NCBI GenBank assembly: GCA_010909165.1
Contig: MU008167.1
Location: 930,001-994,000, forward strand
Reading direction: 5' to 3'
DNA: 64,000 bases
DNA from: Anthoceros angustus
Lineage: Eukaryota > Plantae > Anthocerotophyta
This document shows, piece after piece, positions 36,297 through 50,000 of this stretch; the first letter of the stretch is position 1, and each line of letters opens with the position of its first letter. Under the pieces are notes generated by a model. That model searched no databases. It worked only from the letters and a program-made list of their open reading frames with translations, and was not told where the DNA came from. A program made the position numbers and the translations under genes.

Positions 36297-38400
36297 TTTT
36301 CTAGAAACTGACTGACAGTGCCTACAATTCTTGTAATATCAGGTCTGGTCCAATTTGACAAGTAAATGAGTTACCCCACAGCCTGCCTATATGGCTTAGT
36401 AGCCATTTCAAGCTTTTCTGCTTCTAAACTAGGACATTGCTGATGGGACAGTTTCTCTCCTACACTCATGGGGGTAGAGACCGGACGGGAATCTGCCAGA
36501 TTGAACCTTTGTAGGAGCTGTTGCACAAAGTGTTCTTGGTGTATATCGACAGTGCTATCTCTGCTGTTGAAATGGAACTGAACTCCTATTTAGGAGTTCA
36601 CGACGGTGGATCACAGACATAGAGCGGGCGACGGCGTCGCCGGCATGGACATGGGAGAGCTCAACCCGAATCCATTCCACCGACTCGATGTGCGAGGGCG
36701 CATCGGCAGCGAGCGGTGACCTGAAGTGCGTGGGCGGAGAGTGGTCCGGGAAATGGGTCCTCTTGGTTGTGGAGGGGAGCTGGGATGGCCGCACAAGGAC
36801 TTCTGCTGGGCGGTGGAGAGGATGATTGTGGCAGCCATGAGGGAGGGGTGGTGCGGCTCAACCGCGGTGGGCGGGATGTCATGGACGGTTGGGGCGGATC
36901 TTTGAAGCAGCAAGAGCTCGCATGGCATGTTCTTGTTGTGGATGCCATTCGGGAGGACACACCGGTCTGTTGCGTGCCTAACAATTGAGATAGGGACGCC
37001 TGCGGTGACAATCTGTGCGTAAGGAAATGGGTGCCTGTGGGATTTCGCACACCGAAGGAAGCCTTTACCCACCGCACTCACCGGCCTCATGCACACGAAG
37101 CATGCCGGAAGGCACCTTGTGGGTTGCGATTGCGAAGTGATGGAGTAGCAAGTCTGCGGCGGTGGGCATGGAAGGTAGTCGAGAGGACCGTGGGGCCACA
37201 GACCGGCTGCTTGTGGACTGGGCCTCGAGAGGGCATTGCACCTCGCGGTGAACATTGTGTCGGCAGTGGGCACATTATGCATCGTGCGGGATGTGGATCG
37301 CCACAACTTCTTTGTGGGCCGCCACACTCCCATTTGTGTACAACCGGATAGCATTTCATCTGCTACATGGACTTTTCGACCAACGAAGAGTGTTCTGGCA
37401 ATCGAGGCATGTGACCTCATCATCGGGCATGCCACACCATGGGGGCCGCAAAGGGCACGCGTTGATTCTTTGGAAGATCGCATGCTTTCATGTTTGCGCC
37501 CGTAGCGCTCTTGGACCCTCCGCGGGTTGAGGTAAGGCAAAGGCGGTCGCGCATGGTTTTTGCTTAAGCGGGCAAGGCTATTGAGGGGAAGGACCAAGGC
37601 GCTGCTCGCCTTCAATGTGTCACTGCCCACGAGGCAGGAATGAGCTCATGGCAATGGTTGTGTGATGCTCTCGGAGGCCCATAGTGGCCCGTATAGTAAT
37701 ACGCAGACGTGTGTTGTGCGCGAGTTGGTGTAAAGAGAAAGTGAGTTGCCCTAAATCACTCATTTCAAATCTAGAAAGTAACACTTGCTTCACCTTATCC
37801 ATCAAGCTAGCAGAAGTGCTGAAAAGAATACTATCATCAACATAGACGGCCAAAATAAGGAAGTCGGCTCCATCACCGATGAATGACACTATTGTCAAGA
37901 TCCAAACATGTAAAGCTGTCGCATAAGCTCATGAAAAACTTCATTCCAAGCACAAGAGGATTGCTTGAGACCATACAATGTTTTTAGTAACTTGCATACT
38001 CACACCGCCCACCTCATATCCTTCAGACCGACATATAAATATCTTCTTCTAAGAGACCATTCGTAAAAGCGCTTTTACATCAAGTTGGTGCACTATCAGG
38101 TTGTAGTGAGCAGCAAGGGCTAGGAGGATTCTGACAGAGGTGGATTTGACAACAGGCGAGAAGGTTTCATTGTAATCCAGGCCAGGTACTTAACTATAAC
38201 CTTTCGCCACAAGGAGAGCTTTGTATCTCCCTACACTGCCGTCTGTATTAAGTTTCTTCTTGAAAACCCATTTACAAGCTATGGGTTTTATCAAAGGAGG
38301 ATTGAACTGAAGAAAGACAAACTGCCAAGATGGTGGGTTGCTTAGCTTTAATAGACAAAGGTTCTGGAGGCGTATCTCACGAGGCTCTCCACTTCTTTGC
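36297..38400 (-). pseudogene. pol: copia-2 reverse transcriptase (interrupted at 36589-37730)
   Basis: KPIACKWVFKKKLNTDGSVGRYKA; QLDVKSAFTNG; FLILAVYVDDSILF; FEMSDLGQLTFSL|GVQF; WTRPDI. Confidence 0.9.
36589..37730. other. 1.14-kb GC-rich insertion of unknown origin in the copia-2 RT
   Basis: Removal restores GQLTFSLGVQF. Flanked by TA/TA. The left junction is a perfect 10-bp fold-back, TGAACTCCTA-TT-TAGGAGTTCA. Confidence 0.75.
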
Positions 38401-38419
38401 GCCTCAAGTGCCCCGGTAT

Positions 38420-39360
38420 TTTACACCAATTGCATGTAAAAGACTTCTTTTGAGTGTTGGGGAACCTCTGCTGCTGTCTTGAGGGTGGATAGCCTCGACC
38501 TCTGCCTCGTCCACGAAAACCACCTCTGCGAAGAAAAACGCACTCTTGTGTTGCTTGTAGTGGCTCCACGTGTCTTGTGAAGACCATGTGCACGCTCTTC
38601 AGAGAGAAGTGCACCCAAAACTTCTTCGAGAGTGATGTCGGGTGTCTTGCTTGCACCCGCTGCTTGGACTGCCGCACGAATGGTTGCATTCTGGCTTCCA
38701 ACAAAATTCTAGGAGCGAGGCTAGCAAGCTAACAGCAGCTTGTACCTCGGTGAGGATGTTTCCACAGTAGGCCAAATTGGCTCTACAAGTCCGAAACTTG
38801 TTGATGTAAGCTTCGACAGGCTCTCCTTCCTTCATACGTAAGTTGAAAACGTCCCTATACGCGTGTACTAGGGATGCTAAGCTTTTATCCTGGTAGATCT
38901 GCTTAAACACTTTCCACACATCAGCAGCATTGACAGCACCTATGGTGTGAGGAATCATATTTCTATCCAGGGCAGAAATAAGAATAGACCTAGTACGTCT
39001 GTCTTTACATTCCCACTCAAGCTGCTCATCAGCAGTTCTAGCGGGAGCTTTCATTTTTGGGTCCGACCCATCTGCTATCTGCATAAGCTCATTCTCTTCT
39101 AGGATCTGGGTCAGTCTTAATGCCCAGATATTATAATCAACACCATTAAACCTGTCTTTATCTCTAAATTCTATCTTGAGAGGAGGTAACGGTGTTGGAT
39201 TTGACATGGTTACAGGAATTATAGGGTTGATGACCAACTGGCTAGCTCTATATAAGAGGGCTGCAGGAGAAAAATCCCACACGTAATACTCTATAGGCTC
39301 AAACAGAAAAGAAAGGTCATACACTTCATCCTCTGAATCCGAGTCTGAGACATCTTGCAT
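38420..39360 (-). pseudogene. gag: copia-2 gag with zinc knuckle
   Basis: EFRDKDRFNGVDYNIWALRL; LFNLRMKEGEPVEAYINKF; CNWCKIPGH. Confidence 0.88.
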
Positions 39361-40517
39361 AAGCTTGAGTAGTGTCTTCTCTTAATGAGAAGGGCTCCCA
39401 CTGCTCGAAGCACCGTGGGTTGAGGAGTCTTTCTCAATGAAGTTGCTACAGATGATGTCAAGAATCATCAGGCTTCCCGACAATTGCTTGATCAAATCAC
39501 CGAGCCTTACGCGTTCGGAGTGAAGCGAGTTGGAGACGAAGCTGGGCTGTCTCGTCTTCTTGGGGTTTGCTCGCGTCAGTGCTCGCAGCCTTTTGGGCCT
39601 TGAGAAATCTCTTTGCCGCTCCAACAATTACTCCTGAGAGGCAGTCATCGTTGAGCAAGGTGGTGACTTTCTCAAACTTGTGAGGCTATGGTGTGGAGCG
39701 CTCCAATCGTTCCTCAGCTCGACAATCTGGGCACAAGAGAGGACCGAGAGGCATTGGCTTGGCGTTGCGTCTTGGGGCTGATGCTAGGCCTTTTCTCTTC
39801 GTCATTTTGCCTCAGATCCAGATGAGTGAATGATGTCGCTCACTTGTCCACAGCGCGTTCCTGCGATCAACATCTAAGAATCAAATCCGGGCTCTGATAC
39901 CATAATACAATCGAGAATAGCTGCATTATGCTATGAACAGATCACAGGCGGTGGCACGAGAGCAAGGAATCCAGGTAAGAGATCTGTCATTGATTGTCAA
40001 GTAAGGTAACAGAAGGTTCTTAAATAGCCTAGAAATGGTAACCGCTCTAACCGCAAATGCGAACTACCATAACTGTGATCGTAACATGCAGTAAAGCATG
40101 ATTACTACATATGTAAATCCCAATACAAACGTCTTATAGCACACGGCCCTGGTTCTTCCCCTTGCTTGAGCTCACTGCATCATCAACCAACAACAGTCTC
40201 GATATTGGCAGCAAAGAGATTCACACAACTCAGGCTAGGTTTGCAAAGCAGCTCGTTGAGGGCTAGGGTGCATCCATCCGCAAGGCTCTCAAGAAACAGC
40301 CATACCTGGTCATGAGGATGGGGGATGCTTGATGACCGTTTTGCAAAGCAGCTCGTTGAGGGCTAGGGTGCATCCATCCGCAAGGCTCTCAAGAAACAGC
40401 CATACCTGGTCATGAGGATGGGGGATGCTTGATGACCGTTTTGCAGTGGTTGACCCGATCGATCGCGAGGGGGCGACCTTCATTCCTCCACGTTCTTCAT
40501 GTCCAGCCACCATCTGG

Positions 40518-43500
40518 TGTCATGAGCCGGACTTCGCAAACAGGGAGCAAGTAGGGGAGTACACTTGTACCAAGAGAGATTATATTGTGTCTACTAGTAA
40601 GGGAGCCGGGCTTTTATGCACGGGCTTGCATAGTACATGCCATAGATGGTGGTAGCCTAGCCGTGATCACCGCAAACAGCGGATTATCCAGCCTCTAATT
40701 GTGGAAGACTAAGCGCTATCAAACCTTATCCGTGACAACTCACCCGGGGGAAGAGGCTTCGACCTCGAAGCCGGGAAGATGTAGGTGATGATCACGAGCA
40801 TAGACACGACGAAGGTCAGGAGAATGAGAAAGGTTGGCAAGGGGTTCCCAAGAGGCATCGCTAATGGGGAAACCTTTCCACAAGACTAAAAATTCATACC
40901 TAGGCGAACACATCGGTGGCGGAGAAGGCTCTCCACTTCATACGCGGACCGTCTACGGTGCCGGGTGGGGTAAGGTGGGGAGCCGTGATAAAAACTGAAA
41001 GGAAACATGAAAGATAGGGCAAGATTAGGGGAAGGGCAAGCTCATAGGCCACAGGGCCAATGCGACAGAGGATACGGTAAGGACCAACAAAACGAGGGGA
41101 AATCTTACGAATCCCAGGAAGGGACAAATTTCGGGCATAAGACATAGGTACCAACTGCAAATTCTTGAGGACGATGACGATGATTGGCAGACTGGGCTTG
41201 GCGGTTTTGGGCTTCATGGGTAAACTGACGAGCCTGCTGCTAAATCTGAACACGTTGGGTGAGGAAATCTACAGCAGCAGGGACACAAGCAGCAGAAGGC
41301 AAGGAAGCAGAAAGCAATGTACGAGGGTGAAAACCTTTGTTGAACAAGAATGGAGTAACTCAGGTTGAGGCATTAGGGGCGTTATTGTAGGCAAACTCAA
41401 TGAGGTGGAAAAAGTCCGGCCACCGAGCTTGGTGCACGCCTGCATAAGCATGGAGAATATCCTCTAAAACTTGATTAGCTCGCTCTGTAGCACCATCGGT
41501 CGAAGGATGAAAGGCAGTAGACATACAGAGCTTGGTGCCAAGACCATGGTGAACCGCTTGCCAGAAGCAGGAAGTAAACCTGGAATCATGGTCGCTCACA
41601 AGAGAGCGAGGGAGGCCATGGGCACGATAAACCACTTTCAAAAATAAGTCAGCAGTTTGCTCAGCAGAGCATGTCTCAGTAGTGGGGGCAAGGAGCACTT
41701 GACGGGTAAGCTTATCCGTGAAGACCAGCAATGCATCAAAGCCAGCAGTAGTGCGAGGCAATCCGGTTATAAAGTCAAGTGTGACTTGCTCCCAAGGCAA
41801 TAAAGGGACAGGCAAGGGTTGGAGCAGGCCGGCACGTTGGTGACAAGCTTTGTTGCGCTGGCATAAGTTACAGAGGAGGACATAATCTCGAACGTCCTGG
41901 TTGAGCTGAGGCCAAAAATAGAGCCGACTGAGAGTGGAAGTAGTACGACTTATACCTTGATGACCTGCAGATGGAACGTCGTGGGCTTCAGAAATCAAAG
42001 CCCGATGGATATGGGGAACCTGAGGGATGAAGAGCCGGTGACGATACCAAAGAAGACCATCCCGCTTAGCCCAGTCAGGGGAACCAGCTCGAAGGGCTTG
42101 CAAAGCATCTCCTTTTCACTGGTTGTCCAATTCAACTCGACACCCTTCAACTTTCGTGAGAAGTAAGCAATCGGCTGGCGGCCTTGGCCTTGGTCTTGTT
42201 GAAGGACCGCACCGATGGCAAGGTCGGAGGCATCAGCTGTAACAATAAAAGGGGAGGCCGGATTTGGGTATGCCAACACAGGGGCAGTCACCAAAGCAGT
42301 CTGGATAGCATGAAAAGCATTATCTTGAGCAGCACCTCAAGTCCAAGCCTGGCCATGCTGAAGCAGCTGGGTGAGGGGGGCAGCCACATGAGCAAACCGT
42401 GAAACAAACTTACGGTAATACGATGCAAGACCGAGGAAGCTCTGCACATCATGTACTTTCCGAGGAATCGGCCAGTCCCTAATGACCTGAATCTTAGCGG
42501 GGGTCTACACGGATACCTTCAGCATCAATACTGTGCCCTAAATACTCCAAGCGTTCTTGCAAGAATTCACACTTCGGAGCTTGGACATAGAGATGATGAG
42601 CTCGCAGCTGTCGCAATGCTTCTCTTAAGCGTTGGTCATGCTCCTCACGGGTAGCTCCATAGATGAGAATATCATCGAGATAAAAAAGCAGCCCTCGATT
42701 GATCATGCCATGAAACACATTATTCATAAGAGTCTGGAAGGATGCTTGCGCATTTGTCATCCCGAACGACATAACCAGCCACTCATAGTGCTGCATGTAT
42801 TAAATGCGGTTTCTCCTCATCCTCGCAGCAATACGAATCTGATGATATCCACTTGCTAGATCTAGTCTGGTGAAGTACCGAGCACTAGCAAATCCCTCCA
42901 AAAGCTCATCAATACAAGGTAGAGGAAAAGTGTTCCGCTTAGTCAATGAATTAAGGCCTCGGTAGTCAATGCACATACAAAGCTTACCGTTTTTCTTTCG
43001 CAAGAACAGAATAGATGCTCCGTAGGGGGAAGTAGACGGTCGTATATGGCCCTTCTCTAGCAACTCCTCAACCTGGCGAGACGACTCCTCAATTTCTAGT
43101 GGGGACATTCGGTACACAGGACGATATGGGGGCTTATGAGTACTTGGCAAAAATTCAATACAGTGATCAACATCACGAGATGGGGGTAATCATGGTGGCA
43201 AACTGTCTACCGTAACATCATTAAACTCAGTCAATATCGCCTGCAAGGGCTTATCATGCTCATGTGCCTGTAATTGATCAGGTCGAGTTGGACAAAGTCG
43301 CTCCTTAATAACACACAAAAAGGAAGGCACATTTTGGCATCTCATATCACGAACCATCTGTACAGCAAAGACTTGTTGGACCTGACTCTCGGGCTTCTGA
43401 AGCCGTCCACCCCGGACAACTAGACGTCGACCACGGACTACGAGGGTGAGCTCCTTCCCACGCCAAGTTATGGCGGGCTCCCGATCCTCGAGCCACGGCA

Positions 43501-45074
43501 TCCCTAAAATGAGGTCATGACCATTCCCTAAGTGTGTAATGGTAAAACAAACCTGCTCACAATGAGCTCCTAACCGGAAATTAACCACATGACTCAATGT
43601 CGCCCGATGTTACACGCCCTCGCCGGATACGCTCCACAACCTCGACCGTATCCAATCCCCACCGCTGGGCAAAGGTCGGCCATAAAATTGGTGTTAGCGC
43701 CACAGTCAAGCAAAATGCGACAATCTTGTTGTTACTCCTTCAAAGTGAACAACTCTCGTGTTCGTGGGCTTCGGTGGGTACTCACCACATGAGTATCACC
43801 AGGAGGCTGCCTAGCCCAGCCCCTAAGAGGCTGGGTAGGCTCGTTCCCCGCAACCCTTTGCACCTCGTTGAACGCGGCGGCGGGAGGAACTCGTGCTCCA
43901 GCACTGCGGTCGTCCCGTCCCGACCACCTTGGCCTCGAGCTATTGCGACAATCTACGCACGATGACCCCACCCATTACAAGTATAACATCGACACAGCGC
44001 TTGTGCTTCCCCAAGTTCCATAGGGCTGGTCCATCTCCAGATCCCAAGCCCCCGGAATTTCGTGGCTTACACCAACCTCTAAATTCGTGGTACAAAGCAT
44101 CGTGGACTCATAATCGCTTCCTCGAATGTGTGACACCGCCTTAGAACAACGTCCTTATGAACGGCATGTCTCAAACCTCGAGAATACTTGTCTAGTTTCT
44201 CTTCATTCGTGATGCCGGGAAGGCTCATGATGATCTGTCAAAACTCAGCGTGTATCCTGGTTTGTGTCAATCGAGCTAGCTTCTCTCGAGCAACTTGTCT
44301 TGCTTCCAAGGGTACAAATTGCGCATGGACCAGCTCTAAGAACTCGAGGCTCGGCTCGCTCCTTGCAAAATCGAACGAAGCAACTGCACCCACCACAACA
44401 GAGCCGTCCCCTTCAAGTATGTAGCTGCCGTCTGTATCTCTTGCCCCGGCTCAGTCTTGCTTAGCTGAACATACGTTTTCACTTGATGGATCAAGAGTTC
44501 AACCTCCACCGGGTCCCCCCTTGCCTTCAAAATGATCAGGCTTGGAGATCTTCGACCCAATCGTTGTCCCTTGTGCCTGCCGTTGAGCGTGCAGCGGCCT
44601 CGACCAGAGCGGGCTGCGCTGCGGCACCGCAGCCTCAAGCCCCGAGCTACACGGGCATCTCTCTCCGCACAGCGCATCTCGGACTGCCTTAGCTCATGGT
44701 GAGCTTCGGCAAGCATCCGAGCTAGTCGGGTAGGGTCGAGACCAGCTTCTTCCATGGGGGACCTTCTAATGACACAAAATAAACACGTTAGAACATTCCT
44801 ACCCTAAGCCCAAGGCCATGATCGGTTGCACCGATCGACCAGGCTCTGATACCAGTTGTCATGAGCCGGACTTCGCAAACAGGGAGCAAGTAGGGGAGTA
44901 AACTTGTACCAAGATAGACTATGTCTACTAGTAAGGGAGTCGGGCTTTTGTGCACGAGCTTGCTTAGTACATGCCACAGATTGTGGTGGTAGCCTAGCCG
45001 TGATCACAGCAAACAGCGGATTATCCAGCCTCTAATTGCGGAAGACTAAGCACTATCAAACCTTATCCGTGACA
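40518..45074 (-). mobile_element. Ty3/gypsy chromovirus, full length
   Basis: About 220-bp TG..CA LTRs at 40518-40737 and 44857-45074. TSD TCTGG on both sides. tRNA-Met PBS (reverse complement GGCTCTGATACCA) at 44842-44854. Confidence 0.95.
40830..44755 (-). pseudogene. gag-pol: Chromovirus gag-pol: gag, protease, RT, RNase H, integrase, chromodomain (frameshifted)
   Basis: TYLKGTALLWW; HDLILGMPWL; CIDYRGLN; FYLDDILIY; ADASDLAIGAVL; HDVPSAGHQG..C; VTLDFITGLP; GPY; YEVESLL..EFLVLWKGFPISDASWEP. Confidence 0.93.
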
Positions 45075-45450
45075 TCTGGTGATTCACACGACTCAGGCTA
45101 GGGTTGCAATATAGTCATTCGACAAGTTGTACGTCCATCCGCAAGGCTCTCAAGAAAAAGCTCTACCTCATGAGGATCGGGCGAGATGCTTGGTGACCGT
45201 TTTGCGGTGGTGCACCCGATCGTCGATGCGAGCTTCATTCGTCCACGTTCCTCCATGTCTAACCAACATCTGCCGCAAAGCTCTGAAGTTGTCAAGCAGC
45301 TACTATCCCTGGACATGACGTGTCTACCGCAACACCATCTCGGTCTTTGCTCATGGGTAGTTCCACCACAACTGCAAGTCTCATCGGAGTGTGGAGTGGC
45401 GAGCCGGGGCCTTGGTATGTAATAAAACAAGTCGGTATTTGCAGCTTACG

Positions 45451-45896
<446 letters not shown>

Positions 45897-46509
45897 GAGT
45901 GTGCACAATCATGCTGTTTAAGAAACATGAAACTCACACCATCCGGAAATCATTGCCGCTTCCACCATCTGAAATCATGCAAGCTTCCCCACATCGCCTT
46001 CCGGTTTTGATCACTGGAGTGAAGTCTCACCACATAAGATGTAACAAAGATACAAATTCACTCTGGCGGGCGGTGCCCGGGTTGAGATATCGAGATCGCA
46101 CAAAGCAGGCGAGCACTCGGCGGGATGTACTATCAAACCTTATCCGTGACATCCGTGATTCACACGACTCGAGCTAGGGTTGCAATATAGTCATTCGACA
46201 GTTGTTCCATCCGCAAGGCTCTCAAGAAAAGCTCTACCTCATGAGGATCGGGCGAGATGCTTGGTGACCGTTTTGCGGTGGTGCACCCGATCGTCGATGC
46301 GAGCATTCGCCCACGCTCCTCCATGTCTAACCAACATCCGCCGCAAAGCTCCGGGTTGTCAAGCTACTATCCTCGGACATGGCGTGTCACCGCAACACCA
46401 TCTCCAGTCGCGCTCCGCCGCCAGTTCCACCACAACCGCAAGTCTCATCACGTGTGGAGTGGCGAGCCGGGGCCTTCAAGCTATGTAATAAAACAAGTCG
46501 GTATTTACG

Positions 46510-46546
46510 TAATATATATATATATATATGTATGTATATATATATG

Positions 46547-46603
<57 letters not shown>

Positions 46604-46616
46604 GTATGTATGTATG

Positions 46617-46697
<81 letters not shown>

Positions 46698-46794
46698 ATA
46701 TATATGTATGTATGTATGTATACATATATATATGTATATATATATATATATGTATATATGTATATATATATGTATATATATATATGTATGTATG

Positions 46795-46826
<32 letters not shown>

Positions 46827-46951
46827 CTATGTATGTATGTATATATGTATATATATAATGTATGTATGTATGTATGTATGTATGTATATATATATGTATG
46901 TATGTGTATGTATGTATATATGTATGTATGTATAATATATATGTATGTATG
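46510..46951. repeat. (TA)n/(TATG)n microsatellite (duplicated copy)
   Basis: Direct inspection. Confidence 0.98.
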
Positions 46952-47059
46952 GAGTGTGCACAATCATCTTTATTTAAGAAACATGAAACTCACACCATCC
47001 GGAAATCGCCTCGCTTCCACCATCTGGAAATCGCCTCGCTTCCACTGCCTTCCTTGGTT

Positions 47060-50000
47060 TTGATCCTGGAGTGAAGTCTCACCACATAAGATGTAACAAC
47101 AGCATACAAATTCACTCCTGGCAGGGCGGTGCCCCGGGTTGAGATATCGAGATCGCACAAAACAGGCGAGCACTCAGCAGGATGTACATATCAAACATGA
47201 AGTCCAGCCAACTTCCGGCTCCAAGTAGTTTCCTTTTGCCGCACACGTATACCAGCTCCATCAAACTATCATCTTCGGAAGCCAGCTCGGCACCTCCTTC
47301 ACCGACTGAGCATGCTTACCATACTACTGCAACATCTTTATCTTTATAACGTGTCTTTATAACGCTGTCACCACTCATAGTGACAACTTAACAACATCCG
47401 CGGGCTGAGCTTGCAAAAGGGTCCTTCACCGCGACCTCCAACCCCCCGAGAAACAATCTCTTCACCGCTGCAGCACATGCAAAATGCTACAGCGCATTTG
47501 TACTCCACGGGAGAGACAACGCCCGACCTCTTCTTCAACCCAACACCACGAAGACTTGGTCATGACGCATCTTGATAAGCTTCCAGCACACACGACCCTC
47601 GTACTTCTCCCTCCTCCTTGCACCTCACCCCGCCGGCCTTGAGATTGGGTAGCAAAGCGATTCACCACGACTTAGGTTTTGCAAAGGAGTGGGTCAGTAC
47701 ATACATCCATGAGGCTCTCAAGATTACAACCATACGATGAGGATCCAGGTGACGGGCGGTCTGCAGTGCTTAGATCTTGGATGGCTTCGTTGATGTACCG
47801 TTTTGTTATATGTTGCTCATCCACCACAGTTACCTCACTTGCCATGCCTCCGGCATTGGCCTCCACACCATGTGCCACAACTCAAAGAAGCAACCGTCGC
47901 GGTGCACCTTGCGAGGAGTCTGGCATAGCCCACTCCTTTGTTCGGGAGTCTATTTGCATAGTTCATTGGCATGGGGTGATGAAGGGTTACCACGGACATC
48001 TGGCACATTCCCCCGTATACCATTGTGCCACGTGATCAGGGGCTCATTGTTGCCCCAGTATACCATTGTGCCACGTGATCGGTGGTATTGCCCAGTGTTC
48101 CCTTGTGATCGGGGCTCATTGTTGCCCCAAAGATTCCCTTGTGATCGGGGCTCATTGTTGCCCCGGTATTCCCTTGTGATCGAGTGCTGGCATTCTTTGG
48201 GACAACTGCCCGCCAGCCTCGTTCCCACTCCTGTGGGCATCGGGTAAGAAAGGGTTACCAAGGATATTTGGCGCAGCGTGCCCATTGTTACAAAAGCGGC
48301 ATGCTGTTCTTTGGAAGCGAGGCCTTGTACTCTTGTTCCCCAGACCTTCTAGGAATTGGTGTTGTCTGGGTCTTGTGGGTCTCGTGGGTCTTGGGGGTCT
48401 TGTGGGTCTCGGGGGTCTTGGGTGAGGCAAGAATGCCATGGGTGTCTCTGACACGCCTCACCCTACCCGGAAGCAGCCCCACGTTTGTGCTTCTCATCAA
48501 GGATTGCTTTAAATTTCCGTTCTTTGTCGTCATACCAAGCTGCAAGGTTCATCATGCAAAATCTTATTATCCTCAAGTGATCAGTAACCCACACGCTTTC
48601 AGAAAAAGCGGTCTTCTTTAAGAGCGTTTCGTCTTGAGTGGGTGAGGTAAAGCAGAAGGATAGGTACTGCACGTGTGTATGCATATACATGTATGTCTGT
48701 ATCTATATGTGTATACGTATCTATATGTGTATCTATCATGTCATGTATACATATACGTATACATATATCATATCGTATCAGATACATGTCATGTCATATA
48801 CTGTATATGCATGTCTGTATACATGTCATATCTATATACATGTATGTATGTCTATATATATGCGTCTGTATCTATATATGTCATATACATGTATGTCATA
48901 TACATATCTGTGTCATGTCTGTATCATATACATATCGTATCATGTCTGACCGTATCTCTATGTATACATATCTGTCTCTATCTCTATATGTCATGTCTGT
49001 ATCATGTCATATCTGTCATATCATGTCTGTATCTATCATGTCTGTATCATGTCATGTCTATATCTGTCTATTCTGTATCTCAGACCATACATATCTGTGT
49101 CATGTCTATTATCTGTGTCTGTATCGTATCTCTGTATCTATACATATCTGTATATACATATGTATACGTATATCAGATCTGTATATCCGTATCTGTATCT
49201 ATACATGTCATATCTGTATCTATATATATCTGTATCTATACATATACGTATCTCGTATCTCTGTGTGTATGCATATACATGTCGTATACGTATCTATATG
49301 TGTATCTATGTCTATATGTATACATATACATATCGTATACATATACGTATACGTATACATGTCGTATCTGTATCAGACCGTATCTATACATATCCGTATC
49401 ATGTCTGTATACATGCTCATATCTGTATATACATATGTATGCATATACATGTCTGTATCTATATGTGTATACGTATACATGTCTGTATACGTATACATAT
49501 ACGTATACATGTATACGTATACGTATCATATACATATGTATACGTATCTGTATACATATGTCATGTCTGTATACATGTCATATACTGTATCTATGTCTGT
49601 ATACGTATACGTATCATGTCTGTATCATATCGTATACGTATCTGTATCTGTATCGTATCATGTCATGTCATGTCGTATACGTATCTATACGTATCTCTGT
49701 ATACGTATCGTATCTGTATCTGTATCTGTATCATATACATATGTATCTGTATATACATATCGTATATACATATCTGTATCGTATCTGTATACATCTGTAT
49801 CGTATCTGTATCTATCGTATCATATCTGTCTATGTCTATGTATCTGTATTTGTATCTGTATCTGTATGTCATATCTATATCTGTATCTATACATATGTAT
49901 CTGTATCATATACATATCTGTATCGTATACATGTCTATGTATCTGTCATATCTATATCGTATTCGTATCTATATCGTATCGTATACGTATCGTATCACGT

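Larger units (their letters stand above)
23677..40125 (-). mobile_element. Ty1/copia LTR retrotransposon 2 (minus strand, TA..TA termini, protease/integrase deleted, two nested insertions)
   Basis: About 222-bp LTRs at 23677-23897 and 39903-40125. PBS (reverse complement GCTCTGATACCA) at 39891-39902. TSD CAAAC at 23672-23676 and 40126-40130. Confidence 0.9.

Noticed and set aside
47060-47320. TPR repeat after the HEGRVL domain ([14 protein letters not shown])
   Set aside because: The homologous segment at 1960-2140 does not keep this frame convincingly; the domain is left unassigned.
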